From: Gemmatimonadota bacterium
GTDB lineage: Bacteria; Gemmatimonadota; Gemmatimonadetes; Longimicrobiales; Gaopeijiaceae
NCBI GenBank assembly: GCA_034521595.1
Contig: JAXHMG010000003.1
Coordinates: 1,824,001-1,888,000, forward strand
Reading direction: 5' to 3'
Length of the DNA: 64,000 nucleotides
Part shown: positions 9,116 through 18,833 of the stretch, one piece after another
How positions within the stretch are numbered: position 1 is the first letter of the stretch
Layout of the letters: every line of letters begins with the position of its first letter
Notes under the pieces: model-generated
Seen by the model: only the letters and a program-made list of their open reading frames with translations
Told to the model about the DNA's origin: nothing
Databases searched by the model: none
Made by a program: the position numbers and the translations under genes

Positions 9116-10183
9116 CTACCCCCCGAGGCGGTCACGAGGATCCACGGGCGCTTCCGGTCCGTCGTCCGTTCCATACGCCCAATAGGCCGGCACGTCCGGG
9201 AGCTCGTCGGCTCTCAACCGCGCCAGCCGCTCCCGGTTACGAGCCCGGCGCACGCGCATCATGTACACGAGCACCACGCCGAGCAGGAGCCAGAACACGC
9301 TCGAATGCGCGAGCACGAACAGCCATCCGTAACGGGACTTCACGTGCTCGCGCCAGTCCTCCTCGAGTTGGCCGCTGGTCACCCCGTACGTCGTCCGGAG
9401 CGCGGACTCGAAGGAGCCTTCGGAGCGCCACCGGTCCAGGAAGATCGCGAGACCCCGCTCGCCGCTCCCTTCCAGCAGATAGGTCACCGCGCTCGCGGAG
9501 AGCAGATAGGCGGTTCGGGCCTGAGCGCGGCCGGCCGGCCAACCCAGGGTGAGCGAATCCATCGCGGGCGCACGACCGAGCGCGAGGCCGACCCGGAGCC
9601 GCCACGCCTGCATGGCGTCGAACCCCCCGGACGCCCATTCGGCGTAGCCCTCGTTGAACCAACGCGGGATGCGGAGCCCGTCGAGGTATTGGTGCAAGGC
9701 GAGGTGCGCCCACTCGTGACGCAGCGTCGTGAGTCCTTCGCCCGACAACACACCCGCCCCCTCGCCGGCCGGAATCACGAGCAAATCGAGCGACGGAACG
9801 GCCACGCCGGCCCGCCATTCGGGAACCACGCCCCCGGTCAGCTCGTCGAGCGCCGCCGGGCTGTGGGCGAGGACCGCGTGCACGTTCCGCGGAAACGAAT
9901 CGGGAAGCGCGGGCAGCGGCGCCTGGCCATCGAGCAACGTGCGCATCCGCTCCGCCAGCTCGGCGTGGCGGGCCGTGAAATAGACGGTCGTGCGCTGACC
10001 CGCGAGGCTGAGGTATTCCTCGCCGTCCAGCGAATCGGGGATGGGACGCTCGAGGGCGTCACCCACCACCTCGATCGTGTCCAGCGCCGGGGTTTCGCCC
10101 GTCTCGGCGGGCTCCTGGGAGAACGCGGACGCACTCACCGCCAAAGCGAACACGAGGGCGAGCGGAAGGGCGGCCACGCTCAC
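9116..10183 (-). CDS. Membrane-anchored zinc metallopeptidase (MA clan, gluzincin-like)
   Basis: Signal peptide, HEWAH plus downstream PRWFNEGYA, and a C-terminal TM helix followed by an Arg-rich stop-transfer sequence. Confidence 0.8.
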   Translation of the reverse strand: MSVAALPLALVFALAVSASAFSQEPAETGETPALDTIEVVGDALERPIPDSLDGEEYLSLAGQRTTVYFTARHAELAERMRTLLDGQAPLPALPDSFPRNVHAVLAHSPAALDELTGGVVPEWRAGVAVPSLDLLVIPAGEGAGVLSGEGLTTLRHEWAHLALHQYLDGLRIPRWFNEGYAEWASGGFDAMQAWRLRVGLALGRAPAMDSLTLGWPAGRAQARTAYLLSASAVTYLLEGSGERGLAIFLDRWRSEGSFESALRTTYGVTSGQLEEDWREHVKSRYGWLFVLAHSSVFWLLLGVVLVYMMRVRRARNRERLARLRADELPDVPAYWAYGTDDGPEAPVDPRDRLGG

Positions 10184-11799
10184 TCGCTCTGGAGCGTCTC
10201 CAAGTTGGACCGCACCGCCTCGTTCTGTGGATTGAGGTCGAGCGCACGCCGCCAGAGCAACAGGGCCACGTCCCGGTCATTGTCCTTGTAGGCCATCGTC
10301 CCGAGCCGAAGGTAGACGTCGTCACCCAGCCTCGGCGCGATCTTCACGGCCTTCTCGTACTGGACGCGCGCGCCATCCAGATCTCCGCGCGCGTACGCCT
10401 GGTCGCCGAGGTTCTTGTGCGCCTGCGGCAGCGGTGGATGGAGCGCGACGGCTCGCTTGTACAGCGCCTCGGCCGCTTCCACTTCCCCTCGTCGCTCCAG
10501 CACCGTGCCGGTATTGACCAAGATCGCGCCGGAGGCGGGATAGTGTCCCATTCCCTCCTGACCCACGCGCACCGCCATGTCGAGGTCCCCGGCGACGGCC
10601 GCGGCCAGCACGGTGTAGGCGTAATACTGCTCGGCCGGGACCTTGAGCCCGGGATAGGTACGGTAACGGCGGAACGCTTCGAGCGCCTTGTCGACGCGTC
10701 CCGCCTTGAACTCCACGATGCCCCGCGCGAGGTAGACCTCGTGGTCCTTCGGACGCGCTTCGGCCGCCGCCTCCAACGCTTGGAGGGCCTCGTCATGACG
10801 GCCGAGCGCTTCGAGCGCCAGCGCCGTGTTGCGGTGTACCGCATAGCTCTCGGCATACCCCGGCGGCATCGATCCGAAATGGGCGAGGGCTTCCTCGAAG
10901 CGGCTCCTGCGAAAAGCGATCAATCCCATCATGAAGTTCGCCCGAGCCTGCCGGGGATCCGCTTCGAGCACTTCCTCGAACTCTCGTTGCGCGTCTTCGA
11001 GCATGCCCGACCGGTAGAACGCGATGCCGATGTTCAGGTGTTGCTGAAGCGCCTCGTCCCCCCCGGTCTCCTCCTCGGTCGTTCGCTCCCCCGCCCGTGA
11101 CACGAAGCCGGCCTGGATCAAGCCATACAAGGCCTTGCCGGTCTCGAACTCCACGAGGCCGGCCTCGTTCATGATCTCGTCGACGGTGCGCACCCCGTCG
11201 ATGAACGGCAGGACCTTGCGTTGCTCTCGCGTCAGCTCGATGTCGCTCTCGGCCTCCGTCGGATCCACGTCGACCTGGAAGACGATATCGAACGAAGGGA
11301 TCTTCTTCTCGACCAGACTCCACTCGTCCACACGCCGGGCGCCCTCCATGAGGAGCGCCTCGGGCGAAATGTCGACGAGCAAGAGCCCGTCTTCGTCGGG
11401 CATCTGGTCCGTGTCGAAGTGGAACGCTCCCTGGGACCAGGTGAACAGGTAATAAACCGCCTCTTCCACCTGCATCTGAATGTAGCGGCGCAGGTCTTCC
11501 TGACTGAGCGCCCCCATCTCGACCAGGATCTCGCCGAGCCGCTTTCCCTTTTCCTCGGCCTGCCGCTCGATGGCTGCGGAGAGGTCCTTGCGGGTGATCA
11601 CGTGGTTGCGCACCAAGAGCTCTCCCAGCCGATCCCTCCGGTTGAGCACCGATGCGTAGATGACCCTTCCCTGCTGGAAATAGATGTAGCCGAAGTTGGA
11701 CCGGTCCGTGATGCTGAGGCAGCCCGTCTTGCGGCCCATCCCCAAGAGCTGACAGATGTCGGCCAGGCTGACGTCCTGAAGCGCTCCTTCGATGGCCAT
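10180..11799 (-). CDS. DUF4388/PATAN-domain protein with MshEN-type motifs and C-terminal TPRs
   Basis: N-terminus G.L.D.SL.D..QLL....KTG.L, two RLGxxLV repeats, FTW..G.F.F, LLMEGARRVDEW, then multiple TPRs. Confidence 0.85.
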   Translation of the reverse strand: MAIEGALQDVSLADICQLLGMGRKTGCLSITDRSNFGYIYFQQGRVIYASVLNRRDRLGELLVRNHVITRKDLSAAIERQAEEKGKRLGEILVEMGALSQEDLRRYIQMQVEEAVYYLFTWSQGAFHFDTDQMPDEDGLLLVDISPEALLMEGARRVDEWSLVEKKIPSFDIVFQVDVDPTEAESDIELTREQRKVLPFIDGVRTVDEIMNEAGLVEFETGKALYGLIQAGFVSRAGERTTEEETGGDEALQQHLNIGIAFYRSGMLEDAQREFEEVLEADPRQARANFMMGLIAFRRSRFEEALAHFGSMPPGYAESYAVHRNTALALEALGRHDEALQALEAAAEARPKDHEVYLARGIVEFKAGRVDKALEAFRRYRTYPGLKVPAEQYYAYTVLAAAVAGDLDMAVRVGQEGMGHYPASGAILVNTGTVLERRGEVEAAEALYKRAVALHPPLPQAHKNLGDQAYARGDLDGARVQYEKAVKIAPRLGDDVYLRLGTMAYKDNDRDVALLLWRRALDLNPQNEAVRSNLETLQSE

Positions 11800-13686
11800 T
11801 CAGTCCAACTCCTCGATCAAGAAGTCGGGAAGTCGTGGCCAGTGAATGACCGCGTTCTCACGGCTCGGAGACCAACTCCCGCCCCTGCGCGCGTCGGCCG
11901 GAACGGAGTCCACGCCCACGCTCTCATGATGAGGCGATGAAGCAGCCTCGGACGGAGGCTGGGAGGCGGAAGACACGCCCTCCTCCTCCTCCGGCCCGCC
12001 TGACGCCTCTCCACCGAGCACACCGTCCAGCTCCAGCTCGGAGAGTAGGCCGCTCCCTTCGAGCGTCAGCGCCTCGTCCTCCAGAATGAGATCGGTACCG
12101 GGCGTCCCCGAGGTGAGCTCCAGCACCAAGCCCCCTTCGAACCGGGACCGCAGACGATCGTCGATGCTGCCGATCTCCGAAGGGGGCCGGTCCGCAACCA
12201 ACAAGATCCGGGCGCCCCGGCGCTTGAGCGCCTCGAAGAGGTGGAAGAACTCGTCTTGCGCACGTTCCGTCTCCGAGAGCGCCTCGAGTCCGTGGACGAG
12301 GAGTAGGTCCACGGTCCACCAGCGCTCCCGCCAGGCTCCGGCGACTCCCTCACCGAGGGCCCGAATGAAGTCGTCGGCGAAGCCCTGGAGTGACGTCACG
12401 GCCATGCGGGACGTCGGCTGCGTCGCCTGAAAGGTCCGCCCGGCCGCGCCAAGGAGCGTCTTCCCGAGGTCCTCGTACGGAGCGACGACGAAGAGCGGGC
12501 TGTACTCGGGCCGCTCGGTTCCCACGAGCTGCGCAGCCGCCTTGAGCACGATGCCCGGGTAGTCCTGGAGGTCGGTGAGCTTCTGCCCTTCCGTCAGGTT
12601 GGGGAACGGCCTCTGCCGCTCACGCACGGACGCGAGAAGCGACTCCGCCTCCTGTAGGCGATCCGGATCCTTCAACACCCCCGCCGCGGCTTCCGGCCAC
12701 GGATTGCCGAGCTCCTCCAGCTCTTCGTCGATCTGACGCAGGCGCTTCACGTCGGACCGGAAACGCTCGATGATCTCTTCCCAACCCTCGGGCTCGTCCT
12801 CCTTCAGATACGGCTCGAGTCGAAGCGTGGAGAAGCCCTCCCGCTCCGCGGCGTCGATGGCCTCATGGAACGCCCGGCGCCACGGCGCCTCCTTTTCCTC
12901 CACGACCTCGGCCAACGAGGTCACCAGGTCGTCGAGGAACGAGTCGAACTCCTCGTCCGTGGGTGCGTCGGCGGCCGTGACCGAGCCCATGAGGAGAGAG
13001 ATCTCGTCCACTTGCACGCGCCGGTCCTCGAGCTCCTGAATCGCCAACACCTTGTTCAGGCCTCCGCCGAGCTCCCGCACGTTCCGGAACGGATGTCGCG
13101 CCAACGCTTCCGCGACACCGGCCTCCAGCGACTGTCCCCGCTCCTTCGCCTTCTTGTGGATGATGGCGACGCGCGTCTCGTATTCCGGGACCCCGATGTC
13201 CACGATCAAGCCGCCCGAGAACCGGGACAGGAGCCGTGCATCGAGTCCGTTGATGTCGGCCGGCGGCCGGTCGCTGGCCAGAACCATTTGACTTCCCGAA
13301 GCCGACAGCTCGTCGAGCGTGCGGAGGAGCATTTCCTGAGCTTCGGGTTGGCCGGTCAGGAACTGGACATCGTCCAGCAGCAGGATGTCGAGATCCTCGA
13401 ACAACGTCCTGCCATCGTGCGTTCCGCCCTCGAGCGCCGTCTCGAGCCGATCCAGATACTTCTCGAGCGCAAGGTACTCCACCCTACGTCCCGCCCCCCT
13501 GTCGGCCTGATGCGCGATGGCCGTGAGAATGTGCGTCTTTCCGAGCCCCGAAGCCGAATAGACGAACAGCGGGTTATAGCTCGTGCCCGGGGACTCGGCC
13601 GCCCGCCTCGCCGCGGCGGAGGCCAGACGGTTCGCGGGCCCCACCACGAACGACTCGAACGTCAGCTTGGGATCGAAATCCGACAT
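11800..13686 (-). CDS. DnaA/Hda-like protein with tandem AAA+ domains, lacking DnaA domains I and IV
   Basis: TFESFVVGPAN, YNPLFVYSASGLGKTH, LLLDDVQ, RLLSRF, NVREL, then a second degenerate copy (YSPLFV..LGKT, QDEFFHLF, RLRSRFEGGL). Likely start is ATG 13686. Confidence 0.85.
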   Translation of the reverse strand: MSDFDPKLTFESFVVGPANRLASAAARRAAESPGTSYNPLFVYSASGLGKTHILTAIAHQADRGAGRRVEYLALEKYLDRLETALEGGTHDGRTLFEDLDILLLDDVQFLTGQPEAQEMLLRTLDELSASGSQMVLASDRPPADINGLDARLLSRFSGGLIVDIGVPEYETRVAIIHKKAKERGQSLEAGVAEALARHPFRNVRELGGGLNKVLAIQELEDRRVQVDEISLLMGSVTAADAPTDEEFDSFLDDLVTSLAEVVEEKEAPWRRAFHEAIDAAEREGFSTLRLEPYLKEDEPEGWEEIIERFRSDVKRLRQIDEELEELGNPWPEAAAGVLKDPDRLQEAESLLASVRERQRPFPNLTEGQKLTDLQDYPGIVLKAAAQLVGTERPEYSPLFVVAPYEDLGKTLLGAAGRTFQATQPTSRMAVTSLQGFADDFIRALGEGVAGAWRERWWTVDLLLVHGLEALSETERAQDEFFHLFEALKRRGARILLVADRPPSEIGSIDDRLRSRFEGGLVLELTSGTPGTDLILEDEALTLEGSGLLSELELDGVLGGEASGGPEEEEGVSSASQPPSEAASSPHHESVGVDSVPADARRGGSWSPSRENAVIHWPRLPDFLIEELD

Positions 13687-13788
13687 CGGACCGGGGTTGA
13701 TCTCCCTCAGGCTATACGGAACGGCGAAGTTCAAGTATCGACGACATGACCCCGGAAAAAAAGGGCATTCTAGGGTCCGAGCCCGCGC

Positions 13789-14772
13789 TCACTCGCGCTT
13801 GCTCCGGCTCCCGTCCACGGGCTCACGTCCCCAACGGAGGGCCGCGGCCAGGTCCTCCGGAAGCTCGGCGTGAAAGCGCATGTGTTCGCCGGTGGCCGGG
13901 TGATCGAAGCCGAGCGCCGCGGCGTGGAGAAACTGACGGGGGACGCGGCGAGCGAGCTCTTCCGCCCATCGCCGGCCGTTTCCACCCATGCCCCGCTCCC
14001 AACCGGCTCCGTATACATCGTCTCCCACTACGGGGTGTCCGATGTGACTCAGATGGACGCGGATCTGGTGGGTGCGCCCCGTCTGCAGCGCCACATCGAG
14101 CAGATCCGCACGCTCCCAGCGCTCCGCGACCCGGACCCGGGTGACGGCCGACCGCCCCCCGTCCACCACCGCCATCTTCTTGCGGTCGCGCGGATCACGG
14201 CCGATGGGCTCATCGATCACCCGGACGTCCTCGCGGAGATGACCCCAGACGAGTGCACGGTAGATCCGCCGGATCCGGCGAGCCTCGAGCGCTTCGCGGA
14301 GCGCCAGGTGCGCCACGTCCGACTTCGCGACGAGGAGCAACCCCGACGTATCCCGGTCGAGGCGATGGACGATGCCCGGCCTCAGGCGTCCGCCCACGCC
14401 CGAGAGGTCCCGTACATGAAAGAGGAGCGCGTTGACCATCGTACCGGATCGGTGACCGGGGGCGGGATGCACGACCATGCCGGCGGGCTTGTTGACGACC
14501 GCCAGATGCTCGTCCTGATAGACGATCTCGAGCGGAAGGTCTTCCGGCTCCATCGACACGGGCCGGGCCGGCGGCACCCGGACCCGCACCCGCTGGCCCT
14601 CCGCGACCGCCTCCGACTTGCGTCCCGGGCGGTCGTCCACGGTGATCCTTCCTTCCACCAGGAGCTTCTGTACCCGGGTCCGCGAGAGCTCGAGGTGGTC
14701 GGACACGAACCGGTCGAGCCGGCCCGTATCGCCGGAACCGACCGTGAGCTCGTGGACTTCATCTTCGGTCAC
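13789..14772 (-). CDS. rluD: RluA/RluD-family pseudouridine synthase
   Basis: S4 domain (RLDRFV..SRTRVQ), NKPAGMVVHP, HRLDRDTSG, TGRTHQIRVH. GTG start at 14772 is inferred. Confidence 0.9.
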   Translation of the reverse strand: MTEDEVHELTVGSGDTGRLDRFVSDHLELSRTRVQKLLVEGRITVDDRPGRKSEAVAEGQRVRVRVPPARPVSMEPEDLPLEIVYQDEHLAVVNKPAGMVVHPAPGHRSGTMVNALLFHVRDLSGVGGRLRPGIVHRLDRDTSGLLLVAKSDVAHLALREALEARRIRRIYRALVWGHLREDVRVIDEPIGRDPRDRKKMAVVDGGRSAVTRVRVAERWERADLLDVALQTGRTHQIRVHLSHIGHPVVGDDVYGAGWERGMGGNGRRWAEELARRVPRQFLHAAALGFDHPATGEHMRFHAELPEDLAAALRWGREPVDGSRSKRE

Positions 14773-14776
14773 GAGC

Positions 14777-17700
14777 TCATCCGGATGCGGGCCGGAGGGC
14801 GATCCAGGCCGGTGTACCGTCGATATCGACCTCGGAAGCGTGCGGGAATCCGTTCCGCTCCCCCGCTCCCTCCTCCAGGAGGGCAACGTCGAGCGCGAGC
14901 GTCTCACCACCGATGAAGTCGCGGTGTGTGCCCGCGGCCGTGCGAATCGCCTCGGGCCCCGAGATCCCGAGCTCGATGCGGTCCGTGATCTCGAGCCCCG
15001 CGTCCTTTCGGAGTCGCTGGATCCGGTTCACCAACTCGCGCGCCATGCCCTCCAGCCGGAGCTCTTCGTCCAACTCCGGATCCAGAGCGACCGTGAAGCC
15101 GCCTTCACCCTTGACCACGAAGTCGCCGGTCGATTCCTGCAGGACTTCGAGATCGTCCTCGATCAGCTGATACCGGACGTCCTCGAGCACGATCTCCACC
15201 GCCTCACCCCGCTGGAAAGCCCGGATCCGGTCCTCGTCCAGGGCGCGAATCGCGTTGGCCGCATCGTTGGTCCGCTTCCCGAATCGGCTGCCGAGGGAGC
15301 GGTAGTTCGGCTTCGCCGACAGGCTGACCAATCCTTCGGCGGTGCTGAGAAAGCGAATCTCCTTCACATTGAGCTCGTCCCGCACGACCTCGAGCACTTC
15401 GCCGGACAGCGCCCGGCCTCCGGGGACGACCGCCTCCATGGTCCGCAAGGGCTGCCGCACTCGAATCCGCACTTCTTCACGGGCCGCGCGTCCGAGCGAG
15501 ACGAGGGACCGCGCCGCGTCCATGTCGGCTTCCAAGTCCGCGTCACTCCGGTCCGAAGATCGAGGGAAGCGCTGGAGGTGCACGCTTCCCTCGGCCAACG
15601 CCCGATGAAGCCAATCCGCGGTGAACGGCACACAGGGCGCCGCGAGCAAGCTGACGGCGCGCAACGCTTCCCACAGGGTCCGGAACGCGGCCCGCGTGTC
15701 CGCCTCGTCCGCGTTCCCCCAGAAGCGTGCCCGGTTCCGGCGGACGTACCAGTTCGAGAGGTCCTCGACCACGAAGTCCCCGACCGCCCGGTACGCGCGC
15801 GTGAGCTGGTAAGCGTCCAGCGCTTGCCGGGCCTCTTCGGTCACCGTGTCGATCCTCGACAACAGCCACCGGTCGAGAAGAGGCCGATCGTTCGGCGCGG
15901 GATCGGCCTCCGACGGGCTCCAGTCCTCCGCGTCCGCGTACAGGGTGAAGAAGCGGTACGTGTTGAAGAGCGTGTCGAAGAACCTCCGTGCGGCTTCCCG
16001 CACTCCCGCCGGGTCGTATCGCTTGGGCACCCACGGGTTCGACGACGTGATGAAGTACCAGCGGAGCGCATCGGATCCGTGGTCGCTGATCGCGTCCCAC
16101 GGGTTCACCACGTTCCCCTTCGATTTGGACATCTTCTGTCCCTCGGCGTCGAGGATCAGGTCGTTCACGACCACGTTCCTGTACGCCGGGCCCCGTCCGA
16201 GCAGGGTCGAGATCGCCATGAGCGAGTAGAACCAACCTCGAGTCTGGTCGAGCCCTTCGCAGATGAAATCCGCGGGGAAATGCCGCTCGAACTCGGCCTC
16301 GTTCTCGAACGGGTAGTGCCACTGGGCATAGGGCATCGCACCGGAGTCGAACCACACGTCGACCACCTCGGGCGTGCGTCGCATCGTGCCTTCGCACTCG
16401 CTGCATTCCCACGTGAAGTCGTCGATGTACGGTCGGTGCGGATCGAAGTCCTCCGGAAGCGGGCCCACGGCCGCCTCGAGATCGGACCGTGAGCCGATCC
16501 AATGCACGTGCTCGTCATTCCGGTCGCAGACCCACACCGGCAGGGGCGTGCCCCAATACCGGTCGCGCGACAACGCCCAGTCGACGTTGCCACGCAGCCA
16601 CTCTCCGAACCGCTTCTCCCCCACTTCGGGCGGGTGCCAGGCCACCGCCTCGTTGTTCTCCAGAAGCTGGTCCCGGAGACTCGACGTCGCGGCGAACCAG
16701 GAGTGGCGCGCCACGTAGAGAAGGGGAGAATCGCAGCGCCAACAGTGCGGATAGCTGTGGGTCACCTGGCTGATATCGAAGAGGAGGTCCCGTGCTTCCA
16801 GCTCTTCGACGAGGACGGGGTCCGCATCCTTCACGAACTGGCCTGCGACCAAGGCGACGTCGTCCACGAAGCGGCCCGCGTCATCGATGGGGTTGAGCAT
16901 GGGGAGCCCGTGACGCTGTCCGGCTGCGTAGTCGTCCGCTCCGAACGCCGGGGCCATGTGCACGATGCCCGTACCGTCGTCGTCGCTCACGAAGTCTTCC
17001 GCGATCACCCGCCAGCCATTCCCGACGTCCTCCGGCTCCGCGACGAGGTCCAGGGGGCGGCGATACCGCAGCCCGACGAGCTCGGTGCCCCGGTAGGTCC
17101 GGACCACTTCGGCCTCTTCCCCGAACAACCCTTCGACCCGGGCTTCGGCAGCGATGTAGCGTCGACCGTCGTCCAGCACCTCGGCGTAGATCAACTCCGG
17201 ATGGACCGCGAGGCCGGTGTTGGACGGCACCGTCCAGGGCGTCGTCGTCCAGGCGAGGAACGCGCGGCCTTCAGGATCGGGCTCGCCGTCTTCGGTCATC
17301 ACCTCGGCCACGAACGTGAGCGAAGGGTCCTCGACCTCTTTGTACCCGAGAGACACCTCGTGGGAGGAGAGCGTCGTGCCGCAGCGGGGACAGTAGGGCA
17401 CGCTCTTGTGCCCCTGATACAACAACCCGTCGTCGGCGAACTTCTTGAGAATCCACCAGACCGACTCGATGTATTCGGTGTGGTACGTGACGTAGGGACG
17501 CCAGTACTCGAGCCAGTACGCGATGCGCTCGCTCAGCTTCTCCCACTCTTCTTTGTAGGTGAACACCGAGTCCCGGCACACCTCGTTGAAGCGCTCGATG
17601 CCCACGGCCTCGATCTCGGGCTTCCCGCTGATTCCGAGCTTCTTCTCGGCCTCGATCTCCACCGGAAGCCCGTGGGTGTCCCAGCCGGCGATCCTTGTTA

Positions 17701-17932
17701 CGCTCCGGCCTTCCATGGCCCGGTGCCGGCAAACCAGATCCTTGATGGTCCGGCTGATGATGTGGTGAATGCCCGGACGGCCGTTGGCCGTCGGCGGCCC
17801 TTCGTAGAAGACGAAGGGCTCGCCGTCCGCATTGGCGTCGAGCGTGCGACGGAACAGGTCCTCGGCGTTCCACCGGCGGAGGCTCTCTTCTTCGATCTCG
17901 AGCAGCGTGCTCGGAAGCTCTGGGTAACGCAT
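14777..17932 (-). CDS. ileS: Isoleucine--tRNA ligase (type 2 / eukaryote-like)
   Basis: EGPPTANGRPGIHH, GWDTHGLP, WTTTPWT, DW.LSR.RYWG, KMSKS, and a long type-2 C-terminal extension. Confidence 0.96.
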   Translation of the reverse strand: MRYPELPSTLLEIEEESLRRWNAEDLFRRTLDANADGEPFVFYEGPPTANGRPGIHHIISRTIKDLVCRHRAMEGRSVTRIAGWDTHGLPVEIEAEKKLGISGKPEIEAVGIERFNEVCRDSVFTYKEEWEKLSERIAYWLEYWRPYVTYHTEYIESVWWILKKFADDGLLYQGHKSVPYCPRCGTTLSSHEVSLGYKEVEDPSLTFVAEVMTEDGEPDPEGRAFLAWTTTPWTVPSNTGLAVHPELIYAEVLDDGRRYIAAEARVEGLFGEEAEVVRTYRGTELVGLRYRRPLDLVAEPEDVGNGWRVIAEDFVSDDDGTGIVHMAPAFGADDYAAGQRHGLPMLNPIDDAGRFVDDVALVAGQFVKDADPVLVEELEARDLLFDISQVTHSYPHCWRCDSPLLYVARHSWFAATSSLRDQLLENNEAVAWHPPEVGEKRFGEWLRGNVDWALSRDRYWGTPLPVWVCDRNDEHVHWIGSRSDLEAAVGPLPEDFDPHRPYIDDFTWECSECEGTMRRTPEVVDVWFDSGAMPYAQWHYPFENEAEFERHFPADFICEGLDQTRGWFYSLMAISTLLGRGPAYRNVVVNDLILDAEGQKMSKSKGNVVNPWDAISDHGSDALRWYFITSSNPWVPKRYDPAGVREAARRFFDTLFNTYRFFTLYADAEDWSPSEADPAPNDRPLLDRWLLSRIDTVTEEARQALDAYQLTRAYRAVGDFVVEDLSNWYVRRNRARFWGNADEADTRAAFRTLWEALRAVSLLAAPCVPFTADWLHRALAEGSVHLQRFPRSSDRSDADLEADMDAARSLVSLGRAAREEVRIRVRQPLRTMEAVVPGGRALSGEVLEVVRDELNVKEIRFLSTAEGLVSLSAKPNYRSLGSRFGKRTNDAANAIRALDEDRIRAFQRGEAVEIVLEDVRYQLIEDDLEVLQESTGDFVVKGEGGFTVALDPELDEELRLEGMARELVNRIQRLRKDAGLEITDRIELGISGPEAIRTAAGTHRDFIGGETLALDVALLEEGAGERNGFPHASEVDIDGTPAWIALRPASG

Positions 17933-17981
17933 CGGCGGTCGATCGGGGAAGGTCTCGAGGGGTAGGGAGTTCCGGCCGGCG

Positions 17982-18833
17982 TCAGTCTCGATCCCCGCGC
18001 TCGGCATCGTCGTCCAGGTAAAGTAGAAGGTTCTCCGTCCTGCGGGGGGGGGACTCCGGCGTGTCCTGAGCGTCCGTGGGTTCCGCTCCCTCGGGCAACG
18101 GCTCCGTCTCCGCGCCATCCGGCCCGGGTGCTCCGTGCTGGGCACGCTCGGCGGCGTCCGTGCTCTCCCTGGCGTCCGGCAAGTCCTCGTCCGCAAGAGC
18201 CTCCTCCTGCGGTTGTCCGCCCTCGCTCGCGGAGCCCGGCGACAGGTCCAGAATTGGTGTCGCGTCGGCCTCGCCTCGCTCGCCACCGACCTCGGACGGC
18301 ACCGGGCCCAACTCCAACTCGAACGAGCGCTCTTCGAGGGGTGGACGGGATTCCTCCACCTCGACCACGTCCATCTCCCGCTCCAAAAGCTGCCTGAACG
18401 AGTTCAGGAAGCGAAGACGACGGCGCTCGAGGTCGGCGAGGGTGCTCAGCGCCTGATCGGCCCGGCGCTCGGAGTTCCTCAACCGCATGCGGACGTCGGC
18501 CTCGGCTTCGGCGATCATCCGCCGGGCCTCGGTCCGTGCGTCCTCGACGAGCTTATCGGCCTCGCGACGCGCTTGTTCGCGGATCTCGGTGCGGAGCTCC
18601 TGCGCGGTGACCAGCGCTTCGCGCACTGCTTCCTCGCGCTCCGTCTGTGCGGCTACCTGCTGCTCCAGCGCCTGAGCGCGCTCTCGAAGCTGGAGATTCT
18701 CACGGACGATCCCTTCGAGGCGCTCGGCCACGAGCTCGAGAAACGAATCGACCTCCTGAGGCTCGTATCCCCGAAGCCCCTTCGCGAAGTCGCCTCGCTT
18801 GTTCCTCACGTCCAGCGGCGTCAGATCAATCAT
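17982..18833 (-). CDS. divIVA: DivIVA-domain coiled-coil protein
   Basis: LTPLDV...F..GLRGY...EVD.FL N-terminus, coiled coil and acidic disordered tail; downstream of yggS. Confidence 0.9.
   Translation of the reverse strand: MIDLTPLDVRNKRGDFAKGLRGYEPQEVDSFLELVAERLEGIVRENLQLRERAQALEQQVAAQTEREEAVREALVTAQELRTEIREQARREADKLVEDARTEARRMIAEAEADVRMRLRNSERRADQALSTLADLERRRLRFLNSFRQLLEREMDVVEVEESRPPLEERSFELELGPVPSEVGGERGEADATPILDLSPGSASEGGQPQEEALADEDLPDARESTDAAERAQHGAPGPDGAETEPLPEGAEPTDAQDTPESPPRRTENLLLYLDDDAERGDRD

Noticed and set aside
13687-13790. oriC next to the DnaA-like gene
   Set aside because: No TTATCCACA-type boxes, only a short A-tract, and no dnaN/gyrB context.
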